Origin: Dimorphilus gyrociliatus
Taxonomy: Eukaryota > Animalia > Annelida
Length of the DNA: 64,000 nucleotides
Direction: 5' to 3'
Assembly: GCA_904063045.1 (NCBI GenBank)
Contig: CAJFCJ010000012.1
Coordinates: forward strand, 1,178,001-1,242,000
Under the pieces are notes generated by a model. That model saw nothing but the letters and a program-made list of their open reading frames with translations. It was not told the DNA's origin and searched no databases. A program made the translations under genes and the position numbers. Positions 13,159 through 27,169 of this stretch are shown in pieces. Positions within the stretch are counted from its first letter, which is position 1. Each line of letters starts with the position of its first letter.

Positions 13159-16105
13159 TTATCTGAAAGCACTCAGCTCCCTCTTTAGGTCTATAGAAAT
13201 GGAATTCTTTTCCTCAATAAAATCTTGAATACGGCCATTTTCCTCTTGAACTTTTTTAGCCTTCATTGTCTCAAGATGCTCTCTTGAGATTGTCGATAAG
13301 TCGCAACGTTCTTTCAAGCGATTTAGGGAAATTTCCTTTTCCAATAGTTCGGTCAAGCTCTGTAAATTTTTACACGTTTCTGTTAGCGCTAAATCTGTAC
13401 TCGATTGATGCTCTGGAATTTCGAAATTCAAATGATGAAGAGGACCGTTTGCTACTGGAATAACCTTAACTCTATTAAGCGATTTATTATCCCAACTATC
13501 CGGTGTGGTGTCAACGCTTAATTGATTTTCTATTCCTCTATTGGATATACTTGAGACTTGATTCATAGATCCTTCTTCTAACCAGTGCTTTCTTTTAGTT
13601 TGCGTACTAATGGTCATACGATTTCGTGTCTTAGTATCATTTATTTTGAGAGTTCTTCCCGTTGATTTAATTCTTGATTCTATTAATTTAAACCCCGGTC
13701 TCTGATTGACAAAGAATTCATTTCTGCTATCAGATATACTAAGTTTCCTATTCCAATCACAAGAAAGATGAGGGATAGTAATTTCTTTGGAAGAATCTAT
13801 TAAGTTTCTTCTGGTACATTTTTCTAGATTCTCTTTACTAGGCTTTTTCTGGGCCTCTAAGCCAACAATTTTACTATCTATCTTTGCAGTTTTTGACTTG
13901 TTGCCAATTTGCTTATCATTGGTAAAATCTAAGTTTATGAGTTTAGGAAGTCCTGGATATATGCCAGAATATTTTTTCGCAAAATTTAATTGAGAATCTT
14001 TTAACTGGTCGTTTTTTATGTATATCTGAGTTTGGGGCGGGTTATTATAAGCTGGGGATTCATGCTGTTGAGCTGATGCTTTTCGATTAAAATTCGTTTG
14101 GTCCAGCTCTGGATTTGACGGACATAGTAAAGATGATTGATTTTCACCTTCAGCATCTTGTTCGGATGCAAAGAGCCTGTTTAAAAATGGCCCATCTCTT
14201 CGGGAAAAATTTGCTGAGTATGGCTCATATTCGTCTTTTATATAATCAAGGTCTGTTTCTTCGGCAAAGGCTCTCTTAGCATATAACTCCTTTGATCTGC
14301 TCTGTTTTATACTCTTTAATTTTTCTTCTTTCAATTGGTTGTTGAGTTGGTGATACTTTAACGGGCTTTCAGCCTCATTGATATATTTATCACAACTTAA
14401 TTCCAGAGAAGAATCAGTTCGTAATGAAGAACATTTTCCAGAGGACTGACAACGAGATTGAAGAGAATAACGTATGGTCTATATTAGGAGAAAACTCTAT
14501 TAGCTAGGTCTTAGGTTTTATTGTAGAAAGGTCATGCTATTCGAATAAATTAATGTCCAATACACATTATATTACTTACTTTATCCGTTAGTTGAGTAGA
14601 ACGAAATAATCTATCAGAGACAGTTTGGATATCTAAAAAGAAAGATATATAAATAGCTTTTATGAATAAATCAGATTTTTATTGCTTATAACAAGCCCGA
14701 TAAAATTCTCTTTAGGTTTCTAACCGATTTCGCAGCAATTTTCTTGAGGATTCCTTTCAACATTAGGATCCAAATACATGGAATATTGTCCTTGAAGAGG
14801 AGGAAGAGAGGAATTAGGTCGAGAAGACTGCTGATTAACATTTAGTGCACTCTTACTATTACTACTTTCTTCATCTGTCGTTTCAGCTATTGTTGCTAAT
14901 TTTTGTTTTAAAATTTCTTCATTCGCAAATAATCGTTCCCTATTTTCAGGATTTTCGCGATAATCAGATTTATTGGGTTTAAGGTTCTTTCCTTCCTCAC
15001 TGGAGCGGTTAATTATACAGAAAAATCGTTTAGCGTAGGAGAATAGAACGAAAAAGGAACAAATAAACAAGATAGCTATAAAAAGTAGGTATGCTATTAG
15101 GTCCAGCATTTTCTTATTCATTAGGCTTTTATGTGTAGCATGTAGATCGACATGAATTAGATCTCTTTTGTTGCTCTGTAGTGTTTTAATGCTATCATGT
15201 CCTCTAATAAATGAGCTGTTTATAGGGCAATTTTTCGTTTTAAAACATTGTTTATATTCTTCAATAGTTCCCATGCATACTTTACGACTATCTATATATT
15301 TAGGTAAATTACACTGCCTATGACGCTTACTAGATTCTACGTCACTATTTGAAGAACAGTTGCTCCAGGCTGTCCACTGCGACCACCCTAATTCTGGACG
15401 GCATTTCACCCTGGAGCATATTCTAACAACAGTCTGAAATCCCCTACAAGGAGGTCGATAACAGTGTCGTTTCCTTATTCTCTCACTACCATTACAAGAT
15501 TGAGAGCAAACCGACCACGAACTCCATTTTGACCAGACATTCAAGTACTTTTCCGTTTTCTTTCTTGCTCCTTTGTTATTAATAATTTCCGAGGCTTGAC
15601 AAAAAAAGGTATTGCACTCCCTAACTTCTGTCAGTTCTTTTCCTGAGCACTTATCAGGATTCCTACAAGACTTTCTCCTTATTTCAGTACCACCACCACA
15701 GTCGACAGAGCAACCCTCCCAAACGTTCCACTCACCCCAATCGAATTTATCCAAGAGCAATTTGTAGATTGAGTATCTCTCTTTACTACCACACCTCTCT
15801 TTATTCACGCATTGACTAGAGCATTCTACGTCTTTAACTGTGAGGCAGTTATCGAGCGTCTTTTTACTGATACAACTGCAATATCGTCCGTATGATATAG
15901 CTGCTAGAATTTTACCCGTTAAAGCACAAGATTGTAAGCAGTCGCTTAAACGAATAACATTATTATTCAATTTATTAGATAAATGTTGGAAGCTTCCGGA
16001 GCTACGCCCAACGCATACGAAGCATCCTATATATTGGGGGAAAGTTGGTGTTGCAACTGAAAGATTTGAAGTTAGTATAGTCAATATAGTAAATAGGCTT
16101 TTCAT
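13159..16105 (-). CDS. Type I membrane protein: signal peptide, WSC domain, 3 thrombospondin type-1 repeats, TM helix, long low-complexity/coiled-coil cytoplasmic tail (about 917 aa)
   Basis: Exons 14725-16105, 14580-14632, 13159-14478; phases match (1 then 0) with GTTAGA/GTAAGT donors and TTTAG/TATAG acceptors. MKSLFTILTILTSNLSVA signal; YIGCF...CLQSC...YCSC...CSSQC...RCG WSC pattern; three WxxWxxWxxCS TSP1 repeats; TM LIAYLLFIAILFICSFFVLFSYA. Joins track ORFs 14720..16162 and 13159..14334. Confidence 0.85.
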
Positions 16106-16478
16106 GCAGTAAAATTTTTCAAAAACTTTTATTCTGTCATAATTCAAAAAACAAATTGACAAGTAATATTCTTTCGGATTTTAAAGAAACCAAACGTGAA
16201 GTATAAATACTATGTAGATGATAAATCCAAAAGAAAAAGAGACAGAGCAATGTTGTTAAGAAGACTACTACTGAGAAATTAAAAATGCCTGATTAAAGAG
16301 ATCAAATTAAAACTTCCAGTCACTGATTGACTCACAAATCTATAGAAAATTTTAAAATTCTTTCACCATAAATTCTTGACATTTATCGTTCAGTCGAGTC
16401 TTATTAAATTTCCTCAAGTTGATTAAGAAGAGAAAGGTTGCTTCCATCATTTTGCGATATAATACATGAACTAGTCTA

Positions 16479-17561
16479 CTACTCTACTATATCATTAGTT
16501 TGAATTAACGGAGATTCGACTGGGTCGTTGGACTTTAGTACAACTCGATCCATTGCTATCGATTGCTGATTTCTTCGAGCTTGAACACTGTCCTGTGAAC
16601 TTCGGGGTTGAAAAAACGTAAAAAATTCCATATACTGCGCCTTATAATTGTCGTTCATATAACCATAAATTACTGGATTTATGCAAGATGTAGACATGGC
16701 TAAGATTTTGAGTAAACTATCCAATAAATGAATATACTTTGTAGGTACCAATGATGACAGAGAGAATTCAGTAGCTAATGAATTAATATGAAATGGTAAC
16801 CACGCTATTGCAAAGGTCGTCACTACTAAAAATAACATTTTGGTTGTTTTCGACCGTCTTTGAGAACCTGAGGAGTTTGCCGTTGTGCTAGCCACCATTC
16901 GATTTCCGAGTTTAATGTATATACGGTAATACAGTGCACCAATGGCAATCATAGGAAAAAAATATTGAAGACAGACGGAGGCGATTGAATAGAAATATTG
17001 AGCTTCAATATGATTCCAATTCTCTTGGCATAAGTACAACCATGTGCCGAGAATATTATGTTTACTAACTTCTGAAAATACTGCAATTGGTGATGAAAAA
17101 AAACATGATATTAGAAAGATTGAAAAGGATAGAGTGAAAGCCATTTTGATGCTCATCTTATTAACTGTGGGAGTTACTATAAGTCTATAACGGTCGGCTG
17201 CAATTGTCAACAGAAAAAGAGAACTGCTAAAGCAAACGGTTGCAAAATAGAAGGTAATAAATTTGCAAAGCAGCCTTCCAAACTTCTGATACTTGTTAAT
17301 TTGATAATACAAATTTAGTGGAAGATCAACAATACAGACAAAAGCATCGCTGGTTGCCAAACCACCAATAAATACATTGGTTGCAGTATGTAGCTGAGGA
17401 CTTTTAATTACTGTCACTACTACTAGGACGTTGCCCAAGAAACCGAAAATTATTACTATCGAGTATATAAGGATAACCACCCATTTCACATAGACATTTT
17501 GTATGATGTCAAATTCCTCTGCCCATGGATCTATATTGAAAATTTCTTGAGTGTTATTCAT
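16479..17561 (-). CDS. Class A neuropeptide GPCR, NPY/NPF/sNPF-PrRP receptor-like, intronless CDS (360 aa)
   Basis: Seven hydrophobic segments; GNxLV, TNVFIGGLATSD, IAADRY, CQENW, WLPFH, NPVIYGYMN motifs. Exact subfamily not resolvable by eye. Confidence 0.93.
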   Translation of the reverse strand: MNNTQEIFNIDPWAEEFDIIQNVYVKWVVILIYSIVIIFGFLGNVLVVVTVIKSPQLHTATNVFIGGLATSDAFVCIVDLPLNLYYQINKYQKFGRLLCKFITFYFATVCFSSSLFLLTIAADRYRLIVTPTVNKMSIKMAFTLSFSIFLISCFFSSPIAVFSEVSKHNILGTWLYLCQENWNHIEAQYFYSIASVCLQYFFPMIAIGALYYRIYIKLGNRMVASTTANSSGSQRRSKTTKMLFLVVTTFAIAWLPFHINSLATEFSLSSLVPTKYIHLLDSLLKILAMSTSCINPVIYGYMNDNYKAQYMEFFTFFQPRSSQDSVQARRNQQSIAMDRVVLKSNDPVESPLIQTNDIVE

Positions 17562-20199
17562 CGTTTTATCCGATTTTTAACAATTTCATGCTGCAACAAT
17601 AAATATCGAATAATAAACAAAGAAAAATCTATAATTACAATAATTTAATTTCCTTGTTGAAACTATACACTACAGACATATTATTACATGTTATTGAGGT
17701 TCTAAGGGTAATTTGTCGAAAGAAATATGACATCCAATCATTTGATGTGGAAAATATTTTTAAATTCCTTTAAATTATCACCGTAGCAAAATGCAGTCAG
17801 TAAAGAGTTAGGGTTTCAGTCTGAGTAACGATAAGAAGATTATGTTGTCGACTTAGTTGCTATATACTCAACATTTTCGAAAACTCTCCGCTTTCTTTGA
17901 ATAATAGAATAAGAAAGAAAAAAAAAGCATTTCTGGTAGAAAAAACTGTAATTTAAAAAAAGAAAAAAGACTGTCAAAAGAGATAAAAGGATAATTATAG
18001 TCAGCTGCTTCGAAATGCTTATAAAAGCGCCTGATATGGTATTTTGTCCTTGATAAAAATTCATGAAGCTTAAAACTTTACTTTTAATCTCTGATGTGAA
18101 TGTTCCCAATACATACGTGAGTTTTAGAAGAAAGAAAGTTTTATCAATCAATTAAATGAAACCATTGAAAATTTCATTCGTAAAGGTAATTAATTGAAAG
18201 AGCAAATCTCCTCTTACAGAGATAAAACATATCGTCACTTCATTAGAGATACATTTAATCAAATTTTTGTTGAAAGTACGAATGATTCTTTGCTTATAAA
18301 TGGCTTTAGAACGCATCGAAAATCGACATGGTTCCCTTGTTAAATCATTTAGATGGTCACTTTTTTTACAATACTTTAATCCAGAACCCTTAATAAATCA
18401 TCGAATAGGCTAATTCAAAACACAAATATAAACTATTCAATACGACACATGCTTTTTCCATTTAGTCGTATTTTTTTAATCCTTTTACGCTTGGAAAATA
18501 ACGCGAATTCTATTGAACGGAGAATAGAGAAGAACAAATCGGGAGATTTTACTTAGACAGAAGGGGATAGATAGATAACATTATTCTATGAAAATTTATA
18601 AATAACCTATTATTCTATCAATATAAGCAGTATTTGGAAAAACAAAAACAGTAGCGAAGGATAAAGATTTCGTAAATATTTATCTACAAAATATGTAGGC
18701 TAATAAAATTCCCTATTTAACTTAAATTACAACGAAGAGAACACCAGACTATTGACAATTTTTGATGACATATAAAATTACTTCACACCTACCTTTTATT
18801 CTCTAAAGCCGCAACAACTGCATAATCTCTACTGGAACTTGGAGACAACTGCAATGAGAGCATATTACCAACTGCACCAGCCAGCCAATCATTAAACTTT
18901 CTACAATGTAGGCCTAATCAGTAGCATTATTCGCTAATATAGACACTGTATAGTTTTACTTGCTTGATGATGGTTAACAAATTTTCAATTTGGGTATTTA
19001 TTTAAATGTGACGCCTTGTTTTGTCATAATACTTGTTTTAAAACAAAAAGATCTATATATTTTTTATACATATTTAATGCATACCTATAGAAGTCTTTGT
19101 AAATTTAATCTTCTTTTTTGATATTGTTAATTGAGTATAAATAAAACTATAGCAATTATATTAATTTAATAAAAAATTACATTTTATATTTCATTAAAAA
19201 CAGAATATTTTACAGTGCCATCTTTTATCAAAGATGATATATTTAAACGTTGAATAATACGTTGTTGTTGAATCTTCTTCCAAGAAGGAGTACGTTGTGA
19301 TTGCATCTATAGTTGGAGGTCGATATACTACCGGTAACATCATCTGTATATAGGAAAGAAAAATAAAAGTATTCGACCTATAAACGTATCATCTTCATCG
19401 GAAAAGTATAAATACTTTTTCATTTTTTTTCTTACCTCCTGGTTTTTAAATCTAAAGCACAAAAAAAAAACAAAAGACTAACTGATTTAGAAAACGCTGT
19501 CAACTGTGTCAATTTCCTTTCTAATTCTATACAGCTAACTATAAACCTTTAATTAACCTTTGCAAATCAATTTCAAAAGCAAACTACTCGAAAGATCAAA
19601 ATTAGAAAATAATTTTAGTATAATATTCCCTTTCACAGTGAAGATAACTTAGTACCTTTAGGCTTTTTTATTAGCTAAATTTAAATGACAATTAGGCTAG
19701 GAGCTAAAAATATTAACTAAAATAAAATATTTTTCGTCGACGCCTGCACATTCCAATCAAATATTTCTTTCCTTATTCTTTTTAGACTATTCATTGAGTA
19801 AACTATCTACGATAGACTGGTTACAGATTTTATAGGCCTCTTCAAATGAAAAAAAAGTTAAATTTAAGCGGAAAATCAAAATGATATAGAACCAGACGTA
19901 GGTCCGATCACGGCTATATCTGGATTGTGGTTGGGCGCGGCGATGCGCAAGCGCAAAAACCTACAATCTTTGCAGTATTTATAAACGAGGAGCTGGAAAA
20001 TATTTGCGATGTTTCCGCAGTGGCGATAATTTTCCAAGCCCCTATACCTTTAGAATCGAGTTGTGCGCATTTTAGAGCAACTTTTGCAAACTTTCAGAAG
20101 CCTTTCAAGCAAATATGAGCTCAAGTGAGAGGACAATTGTCAAGAAAACCTATAGGTTTGTAATTTGTCATTGTAGTACAGAGAGAACGTCGTGTAAAT

Positions 20200-23100
20200 A
20201 TGAAAGTCATACTTGAGAAAAAATATACGTACAGACCACATATATATATATATACCATTTGTACAGTGTATATAAAGGAAACTAAATTTCCCTACGGAAT
20301 GCTAGCTTAGAAAATAACCTTATTAAGCTCTATGATTAGTGTCTTAAAACTAATTAATGTAGTGTTTATTAAAAAAAAGGATGTTTTCGATGAAATGAAT
20401 AAAAAAAACGTCTTTAGAAACTTTATAAAGAAAAGCATCTTTCTCAATTAATAAACTATTTTATTCCGTCTTTCAAGTGTGAAATTAGATTTTTAACTTA
20501 TGAATACGCTTTCTTTCGAGAGTCTCTTCAGATTTAGCTATTTTCTAATCAGATTACGGATAGTGCGCTGTTCTAGGCGGAATGCCAGGAATTCTTAGCT
20601 TAGGCTTGTTGTATTTTTATAACATACAGGAAAAAAATTTCCAATTAACTTGCGTATATATATATATATATATATGTAAAGCTATATGTAAATGATTGTT
20701 TTGTTTTCAATAGGACCATCACGTCTTCCGGTGATGACTTGGACGATCATGTCACGAAGAGCGTCAACCGATATCAAGTTTATAGGGGTATGTCGCCCTC
20801 CTCCAGCAATCGCCTAGAGGTTAAACCTTTTACTCAATATTGTATACATAAATCATATTTATAAATAGATATATAATATTTATTTATATTTCCAAAAATT
20901 TCCTTCTAGTATAGATTTTATATATTTAGAAATGGTTTGCCGATCTACAGCCAAATTTATCGTTGCATTTTGACAGGTGTAGAACTAACTACGCTTAGGC
21001 CAAAGTTTGTACGGTGCAAGAATTTTTTACGAGGCCTATTTCTTGCCTGTATAAACTGCACCACACCCCATAGTACTTTTGCAGCCGACCTAAATATTCG
21101 CCCAAACAACAGCTTCGGATTACAATTAAACATTTTTTTATATACTGGAAAAAAAAACATCCTTATTTGGATGAGGCAGGCAAATCACTTAAATGTTTGT
21201 TTTTCTTGTATAGATTCGTCTTCGCGAACTTGAAGATGCTCTCGAAGCGGAGAGAGATGCTAGAATGCGGGTAACTAGATTACATATATATAACTCCTTT
21301 GCATGACTTAATTAAAATTTCTCTTTTATATTAGGCTGAGAAAATGGTCGCTGATCTGTCCTTTCAGCTTGAAAGCGTACAAGAACGAGTCGAAGAGTCC
21401 GAATCAGTGGCATCAGCGCAAGTAAGCTAGCGCCATCTCCTGCTAAATATATTTATATACAAATGACTATATTCTGATCTTATAATTTCTTTTTTCTTCT
21501 TAAAGACGGACATCAGCCGCAAAAGGGAATCGGAACTACAAAAGATAAAAAAGGACTTTGACCTTCTTTCGGCTCAACATGAGGCTAGTGAAGTTTCGCT
21601 CCGCAAACGCAACCAAGAGACATTAAACGATCTGAACGAGCAATTAGAATATGTAACCAGAACCAAAACAAAGTATGACGTTGATTAATTATTCACATAA
21701 AGGATTCTAGGTTGAGTAGTTTAAATAAAAGGAAGGATTTTCCCTTAGAACTGAAAAGGAAAAGCAGCAATTAATTCTGGAATTAGACAGCGTATCAACT
21801 CAGCTTGATGCTTCGAATAAAGCAAAGATGCACGCTGAAAGCAAACTGGATGCCCTGGAGGATCAAGTTCGACGCTTGAAGGCGCAAATTGACGATCTAA
21901 GCAGACAAAACAATGATCTAAATGGTCTAAAGGGTCGATTGACTCAAGAAAATTTCGAACTACAGAGACAGGTTCAAGACTTGGATGCCTCTACTTCAAC
22001 TTTGGCCAAAGCAAAATCACAGCTACAACATACTGTTGATGATCTGAAATCTCGATTGGACGAAGAAGTACGCAGTAGAAACCAATTGACAATCCAACTG
22101 ACCAACGCCCAAGTTGATTTGGACAATTTGTCAGCCAGATTTGATGAAGAGCAAGAGAGTGCATCTAATGCTAGAGCCCAAGCAGCTAGGCTGCAAAGCG
22201 AAATGCAGCAGCTTAAGTACGAAATTGCTTATCGAATTATTTTGCTGTCCATTTGTCAAATATTCTATTTTCCATTGACAGGTCGAAGTATGATAAAGAT
22301 CTATCGATGAAGACTCAGGAGATAGAAGATTTGAGAAGAAAACTAATGTCTCGTATCGCTGAATTGGAAGAAATTTCAGAGCATGCTAAGGCTAGAGCTT
22401 CTAAATTTGAGAAAGATAAAAACCGCCTATCCGTAGAGGTTAGGGAACTTTCGATCGAGTTGGAAACTGCAAACGCAAACGTAAACGATTTGCTGAAGAG
22501 ATTAAAGTCCGCCGAAGTTGCCAATGGCGAATTGCAGCGCAGGTGTGATGAACTTTCTCACGATCTCTCGTCGGCTAATAGTCAGAATACTACCTTACAA
22601 GCCGAAATCAATAAACTTCGTATGATGGTCAATGAACTTCAAGATAAGTATGATGGCTTAAATAGAGAAAACAAACAGCTCCACGATGCCCTTCGTGAGG
22701 CAAAGGATGGAAACAAAGAGCTATCAAGGCAGGTCAACGAATTAACTTCGATCAGAGTACAATTGGAAGGAGAAAGAGATCACTTGGCTTCTGAATTGGC
22801 TGACACGAAGGACGCTTTTAGAGATGTACAGAGTAAATTGGAATCGGCAAATAACTATTTGTCGACTTTAAAGAGTGAAATGGAACAGCGTCTAAGAGAA
22901 AAGGATGATGAATTGGAAAATGTTAAGAGGAGCGGTCAAAGGGCTTTGGATGAACTGCAGAAGACAATTTTAGAAATTGAGACCAAGTACAAGGCGGAAA
23001 TAAGCCGTTTAAAGAAAAAATATGAAGGAGAATTAAGGGAAATAGAGATACAATTGGAAACTGCTACCAGATCAAACAATGAGCTGGCTAAGAATAACAA

Positions 23101-23989
23101 GGTCCTAAGTGGGCGGGTCAAGGAATTAGAAATCGCCTTTGACGAAGAAAGACGAGCAGGAGATGACGCACGTCAAGCAGTTGCAGCTCTGGAGAGAAAG
23201 AGAATTGCCTTGACTACGGAATTGGAAGACGTCCGTGCTCTTTTGGAATCTGCTGAAAGGGCAAGAAAGAACGCAGAAAACGAATTGGGTGACGCTAGTT
23301 CTAGAATTAACGAACTGACAATCTCAATTACGAATCTGACATCGGATAAACGTCGAATGGAGGCAGATATTTCAGCTATGCATTCAGATTTGGATGACGC
23401 TATTAATGCAAAGAGAGCTGCCGAGGAGAGAGCTGATCGCCTTCAAGCAGAAGTTAATCGACTTGCTGATGAACTTAGGCAGGAAAGCGAAAACTATAAG
23501 AATGCTGAATCATTGAGAAAATCGCTGGAAGTTGAAATCCGCGAAATTACCGTCCGTTTAGAGGAAGCGGAAAGTCATGCTCAAAGAGAAGGAAAGAGGA
23601 TGGTAGCCAAACTACAAACTCGATTGCGTGAATTGGAAGCTGAATTCGAGATGGAACAACGACGTGCACGAGATTTTGCTGCCACAAACAGAAAGTTAGA
23701 AAGGCATTTGAATGAGCTAAGAATGCAGTCAGAAGAAGATAGGCGAGCTTGCTCTGAGCTGTCAGATCAAAACAATACGCTTCTTGTACGCGTCAAGACT
23801 CTTAAGAGGCAATTAGAAGAAGCGGAAGAAGTCGTAACTATCACGATGAACAAGTATAGAAAGGTACAAATGATGGTTGAAGAGGCAGAACACAGAGCTG
23901 ATATGGCCGAAAAGAATATGACACTTTTGAAAGGAAGAAATAGGTCCATGTCTGTCACCCGCGAAATCACCCGAGTTGTTCGTGTTTGA
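20200..23989 (+). CDS. Prm: Paramyosin (about 873 aa)
   Basis: Exons 20200-20228 (start exon tentative), 20714-20819, 21214-21270, 21335-21421, 21506-21672, 21749-22216, 22282-23989; all phases consistent, 2622 nt. YRGMSPSSSNRLE-IRLRELEDALEAERDARMRAEK N-terminus, continuous myosin-rod heptads with no motor domain, C-terminus RSMSVTREITRVVRV. Confidence 0.95.
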
Positions 23990-25480
23990 GAAGGAGGAAA
24001 AAAAGAAATTAAGAAAGATAGAAAAAGGTGAATTTGACCTTGAAAATTTCTATAATAAGTCAATCTTATGAAAAATGCACAATATGTATATTCATATTTA
24101 ACGTATCTTTTTTTCTTCAAACAGTTTCGATTTTTCTCTCTTCTCGACGCCGCATAAAAAGGAATCGTTATCCCGTATTCAAGCTTATTTTCGCACGACA
24201 CCTTGACCTTGGCCTGATTGCGGTAGCGATTTTTTTTTCCTTTGCAAAGCGAACAGCAAAAGTTGCTCTTACTCTCGTTTCGGTTGTGTCACTTTTATCG
24301 TGATGTGCCTTTTTCCTCCGCATTATAATCGAATTCTTTTCGGTCTGTAGGATAGAAGATAGGTAGTTATTAGCCACGTTTATGATTGATTGGATTAACG
24401 CTTGCTGCTCGCTCACCCGTCGGGCGATTTCGTTTTCTCATTTGTCGTTTTTTTTCTCTATTTTTCTTTTGGCGTTCGCTTGATATGAAGTGATAGGCTT
24501 CTAAAAATTAATAAATAATTTAAGATGTGACTTTTAAAAAATAAATAAATAAATAAATTAAAAGCGAATATATTTACATAAGATGCATCAATTAGCAGGT
24601 GAGAGCACTACAATTCGATTATTGGATAAGTTGGCCATATTCGTACAAAAAAAATCATACTCCCTTACGGCTACTTGAAGTGAATAATGTAAGAGGCCAA
24701 CGTCTACAGGAAATATACTTTCCGTTTATTATGGTCCTCTACACCATTCATCGGCCATCTAATTAAAGCCATTCCAGACAGCGCTGACAATGTCAGATAA
24801 GCCCGTATATACAGGCCGACTGTAAACAAGCTGTATAAAAAAAATCGATTGGCTACGACCTTTTTAAAAAATGCGTAAGAAACAATCCTCTTTAATCCAT
24901 TTTAAGCCTATAATTAGAATATAATTGTTCTAAAATGCAATATATAGCCTAATCAAATATAAAGCTGGACGGGTGTCGATAAGTATTCGATTTACGTGTC
25001 CAGGGTAAGTTCCATTCTTTCTTTCAATTTCATATAGTGATTACAACTGACCATCGATTCAATAAAAGAACATTCTCGTTTAAATTGCGATCGTCCACAG
25101 GGACGTTGACGAGTCACGAATGCCTATAATTAATGCGTTTTCACTAATTATATGGAGAATACAAAGCAAGAATTGCGACTTGGAGCTGCATTACAGTGGT
25201 AGGTAACGCTTACAATAAATTGCACTGAGTGGGAGGGAAAAGAAAAAAAAACACACGATTAGAAAGAGGTATTGACAGGAAGAAAGTGAAAGAGAGAGGG
25301 AGAGATTGAGAGATCCTCAGGAAAGAAATTACGATAGGGAGGGAAAGATTCATAAATATAGAAGAAAATCTATGCATATAAGGATTAAAAGAGAGTGAAA
25401 AAAGCTATGAGAGAAAGAGAGAGATAGATATAGAGAAACTAGATAGAATGAAGGACTAAGAGACAGACACTGAAAGAGAA

Positions 25481-25508
25481 GAGAGAGAGAGAGAGAGAGT
25501 GTGTGTGT
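25481..25508. repeat. (GA)n followed by (GT)n microsatellite
   Basis: Directly visible. Confidence 0.9.
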
Positions 25509-27169
25509 CAGTAAGAGACGAGAGGCTTTTCTCCCTTCTTTTCTTCTATTTTCTATTCAAATTATACATTGCATAGTCGACTTTTCTATGTTTATTGATT
25601 TGCATAAAGCGTAATAATATTGCTATTTCGACAAATCAATTCGTCTTCTCAGACCTCCAGAAAGTCGTATGATTTAATTTACAAAATCAATCTAATAATA
25701 GGGAAAGCTGCGCTTTCCCTCCTTTATAGTATAGTGTTCCTGTTACATACACTTACTAAATAAACTAACCACGTATTGCCTAATACAAACTCTATTGCAG
25801 TTAATGTATTAATTGGTAAAGCTAAGCCATTATATTAGAGTTGCAAGATTATACTTAACTCTTAGGCGTATACGTTTGTAACGAAGATATAGTAGTAGTT
25901 AATTCCATTATTAGCGACACGTTATTAAAAATAAAATTCCTATGGAAATCAATAATATGTAGAAACAAATGAAATTCGATCGACGCTTTTATATAGGCGT
26001 CGTATGAAACGTTTTTACCCTTTCCCTGAATAAAATGGGAGATAGAATAGAATAGTAAAGCTAATCTAGCGGTTCCGCATCAACGGTTGCATTTGAAACG
26101 CATTTTTACGGTTAATAAAATCCGTTCAATGAGAGTATATCTCGATTTAGGCGTCACCTAGCCCCATTATTTGCAGGAGTCTCGCATTACCCTATACATG
26201 AAAAAGCGTTAAAGATAATACATAAAAAATACTCGACGGTCCCTTGGTGACGTACGTGACTAAGCTTCGTTTTACCTGCCAGGTATCGAACAGTAGAGCA
26301 GACTGCAGAAATTTAATTCGTATATTTACTAAATTACATATGATACTTTATGGAAAGTTTCAAATGAATAGTAAAGCATCTTTTTTTGCGGTTGTCGTAT
26401 AAATAAAAGGCCGGCGCTCTTGTAGTGCTTTTCTAATTTATCACGTCCGCTCTAAGCAGGGTTGTTTATAATCTAAATAGGCCTACGCTAATGGTATCGG
26501 TTAAGAAGTTTTAGAAGCGTGGTTTGAAGATTTCAGTCCAACATTTGTCTCATATTGTAAAAATAGTCTAAACATTGGATGGACGGATAAGACATCTTTT
26601 AAGAATTTTCTCATGAGTTTATGTATTATTTATGATCTTGTATAGTGAAACATCGTGTTAATATTACAATTATTAGATCAAGTGCATATAAATGAAGAGA
26701 TAAGAGTTGTGGGAATAAAAAGGAAAATTGAGGGTTTAGAGCAACGGTGAAGAAAATGAAATATAAACAGATAAAATTAAGTAGCGGTTTTAGAGTATAT
26801 ATGGATAAATAAATAAATACACAAATAACTATATAAATAAATAAATAAGTATATATATATATATATATATATATATGGATATATATACTGTATATATACA
26901 GTATATATAACTTTATAGGTTTTTTTCATCATTTCTAGCAATGACAGAGAGAAAAATTTAGATTTTTTTTCTCTTTACTTTACCTAAAGACTAAGAAAAT
27001 GTTTATATGTACATAAGAAATAAAAAGCTTTTTCAACCACCGATGTCGGACTCTCAAACAAATTCGATTATTCGTTTGCATAATGTAGGGTTATATGCCT
27101 GAACAGTCGTTTTTTCTGGAAACACGTTCGGTGAGTTGTTGGAGCGCGGCACGGAGCTGGGTTTGTTGT

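Noticed and set aside
12904-13161. Genome-wide TAA/TAG-to-Gln recoding as an explanation for in-frame TAAs
   Set aside because: TAA ends KIBRA, Rab32 and the ankyrin gene and TAG ends KCTD, the GPCR and the calmodulin gene at homology-expected positions, so the standard code applies.
13266-24416. Short ORFs antisense to the WSC/TSP1 and paramyosin genes and in the paramyosin 3' region
   Set aside because: Shadow frames of real coding exons or UTR; no motifs.
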